Below, piece after piece: positions 57,571-64,000 of a DNA stretch of 64,000 nucleotides (positions within the stretch are counted from its first letter, which is position 1; every line of letters begins with the position of its first letter). A program made the translations under genes and the position numbers. The notes beneath the pieces were generated by a model. That model ran no database searches, had not been told where the DNA came from, and saw only the letters and a list, made by a program, of their open reading frames with translations. The stretch is from Polyangia bacterium (GTDB lineage Bacteria; Myxococcota_A; Polyangia; JAAYKL01), in contig JBNKCR010000025.1 of assembly GCA_050287845.1 (NCBI GenBank), positions 66,313 to 130,312 on the forward strand. The letters are read 5' to 3'.

Positions 57571-60500
57571 ATGGGTCAATTGATAAAAAGGTTTGTCATG
57601 GTGATGCTGGTCCTGGGGGCGATGGCCGGCTTCAATGGATGCAAAAAGAAAACCGAAGGCCCCAGTCCAACACCGCAGATGGTCTCACCGGCGGCAGTGT
57701 GCAGTGAACAGCTCAATACCTGGGTAACCGTTACCGGTGGCGGTTTTTCTCCTTCGCCCAAAGACGGGCTGACGGACAATCCGCTATTGGCGTTGCCCCA
57801 GCTTTCCATTGTTCAGACCCGGCAGTTGAACGGAACGGAGGCGAGTGCGCCGCCAGTGGTGTTGAACGCAGACCCCACAGATCCCGCCACTGGCCGGGTT
57901 CGCTGGACCAGTCAGCGCGAGATGTCGTTTCTGGTGGATCAGACGCCGCCCCTGTTATCGGGAATTTACAATCTGAACATGAAAAATCCAACTGGCGGAA
58001 TGGGAACACTGGCAGATGCGCTGGTAGTGGTGCCGCCGCCGGTGCTCAGTAGCGTGCAACCGGATGAAATCTGTTCGGCACAGCTTGAGACAACCGTCAC
58101 CCTTTCCGGCACCGGGTTTCTGGTGCTCGAAGGACAGATGCCCACCGTGACAATTACGGCCGGGGGGGCGTCGGCGGACGCGACCGCGGTGGCGCGGGTG
58201 GACGGTGCATGCGAAGCCATTTTTGGCCTCGCCGATTCGTTCATCTGTACGCAATTAACCGCTACCCTGGGTGCGGGAAGTGTGGTGGATGAAGGCATTT
58301 ACACCGTATCGCTGACCAACCCCGGAACCGCCAACTGCACATCGCAGGCGACGGTTCAGTTTACGGTGGTGCCGGCGCCGGTGGTGTTCAGCCTGGACCC
58401 TCCGGCGGTGTACAACGGTATTTCGATTCGGGAGACCATTTACGTGGCCGGACTGGATACCGCGCCCCAGGGGGTGAATCTGATTCCCACCGGCGGCGGC
58501 ACGGCAACGGCCCTGACCAATGTGATGTGGGACCAGTCAGACCCCAACGAGGTAACGGCCACGGTACCCGCGGGAATGGCGGCTGGCACCTACGATGTGG
58601 TGATCGTGAACGATGGATGCAATGCAGTGCTGACAGGCCAGTTCACGGTAGTGGCGTCGCCCACCATCGCGCTGCTCAATCCAGCGGTGGAACAGCCGTT
58701 CGGGCAGGAGCAGACCCGGGTGGCGGTGAATGTCGTGGCAAAGGAGGACGCGAATCTGGTGGGGGACGAAGTGAATTTCTCGCCAACGCCCCGGGTGTAC
58801 ATTTCGAACGCCACCATGACCGAAGCGATTCCCATGCGGGCAGTTTCCTTTGAAAGCTCGGCCCAGCTCTCGGCGGTTGTTCCCGAGCTGCCTGCAGGGC
58901 AATACGATGTCACCGTGATGAATATTGTACCGGGGGTAGCGCCTGCGGTGGGATTTTTGCAGAATGCGTATCGGGCCACGGTGGTGGCCCCGCCCATTGT
59001 GGAGGAGGTATCGCCAACGCTGATTGGTACTGATGCCGGACAGCACGTGACGGTGAAGGGACAGAATTTCAACAACCCGCAGGTATCCCTGGAATGCCGG
59101 GATGGTTCCACCCCGGTTGCGGTGATTTCCACCGAATCTCTGACTTCCCTGGATGTCACCATCGATGGCAGCGGACTCAATACCGGGGTCACCTGTCTGG
59201 TCCGGGTCACCAATTCGGTGGACACCACCTGGGATGAATGGTCCGCCATCAGTGCGGCGAATCCCGCCGCCAACATCGAGCCGTTCATCGCTGGTACGAA
59301 TATGGCTACCCCGAGAAGGGCGCCGGCCCTGGCATTCGGACCAGCCACCCGCAAGGCCAGATTCCTGTACGCCATCGGGGGAGACGACGGAAGCACAGCC
59401 AGCGCCATGACCTCGATGGAGGTGGCGTCTCAGGGACGGTTCGGTGATATCAATGCCTGGCGAACCCTGCAGACGGCATTGCCCGCCGGGCGAACCATGG
59501 CCCGGGCCAAACGCTACGACAACTTCATTTACCACATGGGGGGGATGGGGACCGATGGGGCGGCAACTGATGAGATACTGCGGGCGGAAATCCTCGATCC
59601 TCTCAATGTGCCGATGATTGACGATGTGGATATTTCGTTCGATCCCGATGGCAGTTTCAACGGACTGACCACCGGCTCGTGGACCTATGCGGTGGCCCCG
59701 GTGTATGCGGCAACGGACGCCAGCAATCCGGGGGGCGAAGGGTTGCCCAGCGAAACCTTCACCCTGTACACGCCGGATGTACCGGGGGGCGTGTATGTGA
59801 ATCTGTCGTGGGCCACGGTGTTTGGCGCCGATGGCACCATCCCTGCGGTGCAGTACCGCGTGTATCGCACCACCACCGTCAATCAGATTGCGTCAGAGAT
59901 GCGACTGCTGGCTACGGTGGATGCAGTCACCGGTGGCGCTCAGAGTTATGAAGACCAGAACCAGACCATGGCTGATACCGCCAAAGCGCCGCTGTTGACT
60001 GGTGCCCTGGGCGAATGGCACAGCACCGGTACCACCCTGAACACGGCGCGGGCCGGGTTCGCATTTACCGACGCCTCGGAAACCGGATGTGATGATCGCT
60101 GGATTGTCTTTGGTGGAATCACGGATGCGGCCACCGAAAGTGCGACCTATGAGGTGATTGATCCGACAACGATGACCACCGTTGAATTCACTGCCACCGG
60201 TGTGTCCGCAAGGCGGGAAGCGGGTATCTGGGTGGCCAATAATGAAAATTCAACGGCCGGCCTGCTGAATACCGCATGCGAGTATTACCTGTATGTGGGT
60301 CCGGGGGCCAGCGGAGCATTGAACGCTCCTGCCGACGAAGACAACGCATTTGTCGCAACGGTGTCGAGTATCGCTTCGGGAGAAATGGGGACGTTCGCCG
60401 ATGCCATCGCGTCGGGTTCCAGACCCTCGCTGTACGGATATGATGCGTTCTGGAGCGGCGCCAAAGTCTACGTGATGGGGGGCGTGAATACGGGCGCCAC

Positions 60501-60687
60501 AGCTGTGGTCAATGACGGAGAGTGGTCTGATGAACCGGTGATGCAGAATCTCAACAACGCATCGCAGCCCCTCACTCAAGCTCGCTATCTGTTTGGCTTT
60601 GCGCGGTATGGGGCGTTCGCCTACCTGGCGGGCGGCGTGGATGAAACCGGCAACGTGACTGCCACAACCGAGTACAACGTGCGATAG
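57571..60687 (+). CDS. Large surface lipoprotein with IPT/TIG-like and Kelch repeats
   Basis: Lipobox FNGC; repeated SP...V.G.GF/G.Y.V.VTNP Ig-like units; Kelch-like LYAIGG, IYHMGG, IVFGG, VYVMGG and AYLAGG. Confidence 0.8.
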   Translation: MGQLIKRFVMVMLVLGAMAGFNGCKKKTEGPSPTPQMVSPAAVCSEQLNTWVTVTGGGFSPSPKDGLTDNPLLALPQLSIVQTRQLNGTEASAPPVVLNADPTDPATGRVRWTSQREMSFLVDQTPPLLSGIYNLNMKNPTGGMGTLADALVVVPPPVLSSVQPDEICSAQLETTVTLSGTGFLVLEGQMPTVTITAGGASADATAVARVDGACEAIFGLADSFICTQLTATLGAGSVVDEGIYTVSLTNPGTANCTSQATVQFTVVPAPVVFSLDPPAVYNGISIRETIYVAGLDTAPQGVNLIPTGGGTATALTNVMWDQSDPNEVTATVPAGMAAGTYDVVIVNDGCNAVLTGQFTVVASPTIALLNPAVEQPFGQEQTRVAVNVVAKEDANLVGDEVNFSPTPRVYISNATMTEAIPMRAVSFESSAQLSAVVPELPAGQYDVTVMNIVPGVAPAVGFLQNAYRATVVAPPIVEEVSPTLIGTDAGQHVTVKGQNFNNPQVSLECRDGSTPVAVISTESLTSLDVTIDGSGLNTGVTCLVRVTNSVDTTWDEWSAISAANPAANIEPFIAGTNMATPRRAPALAFGPATRKARFLYAIGGDDGSTASAMTSMEVASQGRFGDINAWRTLQTALPAGRTMARAKRYDNFIYHMGGMGTDGAATDEILRAEILDPLNVPMIDDVDISFDPDGSFNGLTTGSWTYAVAPVYAATDASNPGGEGLPSETFTLYTPDVPGGVYVNLSWATVFGADGTIPAVQYRVYRTTTVNQIASEMRLLATVDAVTGGAQSYEDQNQTMADTAKAPLLTGALGEWHSTGTTLNTARAGFAFTDASETGCDDRWIVFGGITDAATESATYEVIDPTTMTTVEFTATGVSARREAGIWVANNENSTAGLLNTACEYYLYVGPGASGALNAPADEDNAFVATVSSIASGEMGTFADAIASGSRPSLYGYDAFWSGAKVYVMGGVNTGATAVVNDGEWSDEPVMQNLNNASQPLTQARYLFGFARYGAFAYLAGGVDETGNVTATTEYNVR

Positions 60688-60704
60688 GAAGAGGAGGCAC
60701 CACA

Positions 60705-61511
60705 ATGAAAAGCAAAATGATTGTACAGATGTTTTTTTGGGCGACCCTCCTCTGGACGGTACAGGCGATGGCAAACGAAGATACATCCGACACGGGCGGT
60801 GCGACGGCGGTGTCCACAGACCCGGCCAGTGGGCTGGAAGATGCAGGTCCGGCTGAAGACGCGGCGGATGTCACGGCGAATCTGGACGACATTGCCACAG
60901 CGCCGGTGATGCCCCCTGAAGACACAATGCCCCGGGAAGAACCGGTGCGGAACACCTCAAAGCTGGGGATTGCCGCCGCAGTGAAAGCCGGGGCAACCTT
61001 TCATACCCTCTTTAATGAGTTGTCTCCCATGTTACTGCTGGAGGTGGAAGCTGGTGTGCTGCTGATGGAAAGACATCTGGAGCTCGATGTGGCGTTGGCC
61101 TGGGCCCGGCCTAAATCAACCGCATCCGAAAATGATCCCCGGCTGGTGGACGGCAGCTACGACTGGGAAATCAAACAGGACTTCCTGTCGCTGGGATTGA
61201 TGATTCGCTATCGTATCTTCGACGGTGCGTCCCGGTTCAACGGGTATGGTGAGTTGGGCCCGCGGCTGCTGATGCTGCACACCAGAGCCGACGGGGAATC
61301 ATCGGGAGGCGCCGATTTCGGGACCAACGAACAGTTTGAAACCCGGTTTGGCGGATACGGCGCGTTGGGCGGTGAGTTCAATATCGGCCCCGGGGCCATA
61401 TTGCTCGAGGTGGGAATGACGTTCGGTGATCTTAATGGGTACATCACCGGAGATACCAGTTCCGCCGCCCTCGATACCTACCTTGGATATCGCTTCATGT
61501 TCGATTTATAG
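60705..61511 (+). CDS. Small outer-membrane beta-barrel protein
   Basis: Signal peptide, acidic linker, amphipathic strands and C-terminal LGYRFMF. Confidence 0.7.
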   Translation: MKSKMIVQMFFWATLLWTVQAMANEDTSDTGGATAVSTDPASGLEDAGPAEDAADVTANLDDIATAPVMPPEDTMPREEPVRNTSKLGIAAAVKAGATFHTLFNELSPMLLLEVEAGVLLMERHLELDVALAWARPKSTASENDPRLVDGSYDWEIKQDFLSLGLMIRYRIFDGASRFNGYGELGPRLLMLHTRADGESSGGADFGTNEQFETRFGGYGALGGEFNIGPGAILLEVGMTFGDLNGYITGDTSSAALDTYLGYRFMFDL

Positions 61512-61697
61512 ACCGGAATCTCGGGCTTTCCCCACATATGCTTTTTTCCCTGCCGTCTGGCGGATTGGCCGCAATTATTTATGCGGGTTTAAAATGGGGT
61601 TGGTTCATCCCATGGAGCTGGTACACTGCGCGGGAACCGGCGGGGCGCGGGCAGGCGTTTCAACCTGAATCTGCGCGACGCAGAAACGAGAAACTCG

Positions 61698-63653
61698 ATG
61701 GATACTGCAAAGACAACAGAGGTGGTGACCACCTGCACCCGGGATTGTCCCTCTGCCTGCGGGGTGGTTGCCACGGTGGAAAACGGCCGGGTGGTTTCCC
61801 TTGAAGGTAACCCGGCCCATCCGGTCACCGGTGGGCATACTTGTGCCAAGTTACGACGATATATCGACCGGGTGTACAGTCCTCATCGGATTGCGCATCC
61901 CATGAAAAAAGACGGAGGGGGCACCTGGCAGCAGATATCGTGGGAGGACGCACTGGATGCAGTGGCAGCGCGTATGACCCAGGTGCGCAACGCCTTTGGA
62001 CCGGAGGCCATTCTGTATTACCAGGGATTCGGGACGCGAACCGCGCTGCAGCTTCTGAATCGCCGCTTTTTCAATCGTCTCGGCGGGTGTACCACGTTGA
62101 AGGGCACTCTGTGTGGCGGGACCGGGGAGGCGGCGCAGAATCTGGATTTGGGTTGCCGCATTTCCCATGACATACGGGATCATCTGAACTCTGAGACGAT
62201 GATTCTATGGGGACGCAATCCCGCGGCAACCCATCAGCCCCTGATGCCCGTTGTGCAGCAGGTGCGAAAGAATGGCGGAGAAGCCGTGGTGATTGACCCG
62301 GTGCGCACTGCAACCGCCCATGGGGTGAACCGCCATATTCAGCCTGCTCCGGGCAAGGACCTCTGGCTGGCGCTGGCGGTGGCGAAAGAGGTATTAAAAC
62401 AGGGATGGGAGGACCGGCACTTTGTTTCGAGCTACGCCGATCATTTCGAGGAGTTTGTTGCTCTGGTTGAAAAATGGCCGTTCGATACTCTGGTGCAGGC
62501 GGCTGGGGTGGACGCATCGGATGTACGGTATCTGGCCGAACGTCTGTGTCATGGGGGGCCGGCGTCCATTCTGCTGGGATGGGGGTTGCATCGCTGGGTA
62601 TATGCCCATGAAGCCATTCGCGCGATAGATGCCCTCTCAGCCATGACCGGGAATATCGGAATTTCCGGTGGCGGCGTGAGTCAGGGATTTGATGAATGGG
62701 GGCCATTTGATTCTGCGGTGGCAGCAGATGATCTGGCGCCGGGTGCCCGACAGCTGCTGATGCCGAAGATCGGGGAAGAAATTCTCGCTGCGTCCAGTCC
62801 GCCCATTGAAATGATTCTGGTTACCGCTGGCAATCCGGTGACCATGGCCCCGGATTCGACGACGGTGAAAGCCGCCTTTGAACGCACTCCGTTTGTGGTG
62901 TACTGCGGACACTTCATGGACGATACCGCGGCGACAGCGGATATTTTTCTGCCGGCGACTACCTGGCTGGAGGAAAGCGATGTGGTGGCGGGATACGGTC
63001 ATGATGTGGTGGGACCGGTCAACCGGGCCATTGCGCCAGTGGGAGAAGCCCGGAGTCATTTCGACATATTTGCCGGTCTGGCCCGGCGACTGGGTCTGGA
63101 TGATTTCGAGAGGGGACAGGATGCCTGGCTGGAAACCATTATTCAGCCGCTCAAACAGAAAGGCATCTCATTTTCCCGGCTGCGCAGCGGACCGGTACGA
63201 CAGGGGCTTCCCGGGGTGCCGTATGCGGACCGTAGCTTTCCCACGGTTTCGGGGCGGTTTCAGTTTATACAAACCCTGCATGGCGTCCCGGATGAAAAGT
63301 CGGATACCCACTGGCCGTTTGCATTGCTCAGCATCAGTCCCGGACGAACCCTCTGTTCCGAATGGTTGCCGGAAGACCATCCAACGCTCCCTCAAGTGAT
63401 TCTGAATCCCACTGCTGCGGCGACGGCGGGGGTGGGTGATGGCAGCACCGTTTTTGTGGAAAGCAAAAAAGGGCGTGTGCTCGCCCGACTGAAGGAGGAC
63501 CCCACCCAGCGTGGGGATGTGGCGGTGATGCCCCGTGGCGGCTGGTCCATCCGGCGACACGGCGTGAATATCCTCACCGAAAGCCTGGTGAGCAAAGTCG
63601 GCAACGGCACCGCCTACTATGAAACCCGGGTCCGAGTGATCCCCGCCCGGTGA
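61698..63653 (+). CDS. Molybdopterin-dependent oxidoreductase with N-terminal 4Fe-4S site
   Basis: TCTRDCPSAC...GHTCAK, ISWEDALD, WGRNP, VIDP, ADIFLPATT and a C-terminal molydop-binding-like domain. Confidence 0.9.
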   Translation: MDTAKTTEVVTTCTRDCPSACGVVATVENGRVVSLEGNPAHPVTGGHTCAKLRRYIDRVYSPHRIAHPMKKDGGGTWQQISWEDALDAVAARMTQVRNAFGPEAILYYQGFGTRTALQLLNRRFFNRLGGCTTLKGTLCGGTGEAAQNLDLGCRISHDIRDHLNSETMILWGRNPAATHQPLMPVVQQVRKNGGEAVVIDPVRTATAHGVNRHIQPAPGKDLWLALAVAKEVLKQGWEDRHFVSSYADHFEEFVALVEKWPFDTLVQAAGVDASDVRYLAERLCHGGPASILLGWGLHRWVYAHEAIRAIDALSAMTGNIGISGGGVSQGFDEWGPFDSAVAADDLAPGARQLLMPKIGEEILAASSPPIEMILVTAGNPVTMAPDSTTVKAAFERTPFVVYCGHFMDDTAATADIFLPATTWLEESDVVAGYGHDVVGPVNRAIAPVGEARSHFDIFAGLARRLGLDDFERGQDAWLETIIQPLKQKGISFSRLRSGPVRQGLPGVPYADRSFPTVSGRFQFIQTLHGVPDEKSDTHWPFALLSISPGRTLCSEWLPEDHPTLPQVILNPTAAATAGVGDGSTVFVESKKGRVLARLKEDPTQRGDVAVMPRGGWSIRRHGVNILTESLVSKVGNGTAYYETRVRVIPAR

Positions 63654-63792
63654 GCGTTTTCGGGGACGCAGCACCACGTGCCTCCACGCTGACCTCTATC
63701 AACGCGTTACCGGTGCAACTCAGCGTTTTCGGGGACGCAGCACCACGTGCCTCCACGCTGACCTCTATCAACGCGTTACCGGTGCAACTCAG
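63653..63792. repeat. 69-bp perfect tandem duplication
   Basis: AGCGTTTTCGGGGACGCAGCACCACGTGCCTCCACGCTGACCTCTATCAACGCGTTACCGGTGCAACTC at 63653 and 63722. Confidence 0.95.
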
Positions 63793-63884
63793 AACAAACG
63801 ACAGGCAGTTGGCCGAAGGTGGCCATTTCTGACCATTGGCCAGATTGCCCGCTTATATTCAACGGAAATTATTCAATACGGCAA

Positions 63885-63900
63885 TTGGCCCGGTTTCTGC
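63885..63900 (+). promoter_or_regulatory. Sigma54-like -24/-12 promoter
   Basis: TTGGCCCGGTTTCTGC with exact GG-N10-GC spacing, then AGGAGG and ATG 63927. Confidence 0.5.
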
Positions 63901-63926
63901 CTTCCCCTCCCGCCAGGAGGACGCGT

Positions 63927-64000
63927 ATGCGAAAATCAAGGCAACTTCAACTGGCCGACACCGGCATCTTTCACAAATTCTTCAGAGGACACAATGGAGA
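63927..64000 (+). CDS. N-terminus of a probable Y1 (IS200/RAYT-type) transposase, partial
   Basis: MRKSRQLQLADTGIFHKFFRGHNG resembles the R..R......H...RG.N start of RAYT-like proteins; only 24 codons are visible. Confidence 0.55.
   Translation, partial: MRKSRQLQLADTGIFHKFFRGHNG

Noticed and set aside
61512..61697. Moco/Wco riboswitch upstream of the molybdopterin oxidoreductase
   Set aside because: No recognisable conserved motif elements; only weak hairpins.
63653..63792. CRISPR array
   Set aside because: Two directly adjacent 69-bp copies with no spacers, and no cas genes in the window.

Overview
Bacterial DNA. The gene content (FHA-GGDEF, bactofilin, RRM protein, many Cys-rich and Asp/Thr-rich lipoproteins) suggests a myxobacterium-like or deltaproteobacterial organism; this is inference only. 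(1) 1-13.0 kb, minus strand: a His-rich leader ORF, a TonB-dependent receptor, three lipoproteins and a DUF3450/ExbB/ExbB/ExbD/TonB/TPR module, then a cobalamin riboswitch, cobA and cbiA/cobB. cbiA carries an in-frame palindromic insertion. (2) 13.2-14.7 kb: an AT-rich cassette-like gene between two attC-like half-sites, each apparently interrupted by a decayed group II intron. (3) 15.7-21.4 kb: two radical SAM/SPASM enzymes, two alkaline-phosphatase-superfamily enzymes and an unusual protein with an internal lipobox, which together are the best candidate for an undescribed protein-modification system. (4) Lipoprotein-anchored carbohydrate-active enzymes (beta-helix, CE6-like, GH74) on long Asp-Thr/Asp-Ser linkers. 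(5) Housekeeping and signalling genes: rsmG, AmgK-like kinase, deoC, cysteine desulfurase-mnmA, three hybrid kinases and tRNA-Ala(CGC). (6) An IPT/Kelch lipoprotein with a beta-barrel, a molybdopterin oxidoreductase, a 69-bp tandem duplication, and the start of a probable Y1/RAYT-type transposase behind a sigma54-like promoter. All calls come from reading motifs by eye; no searches were run.
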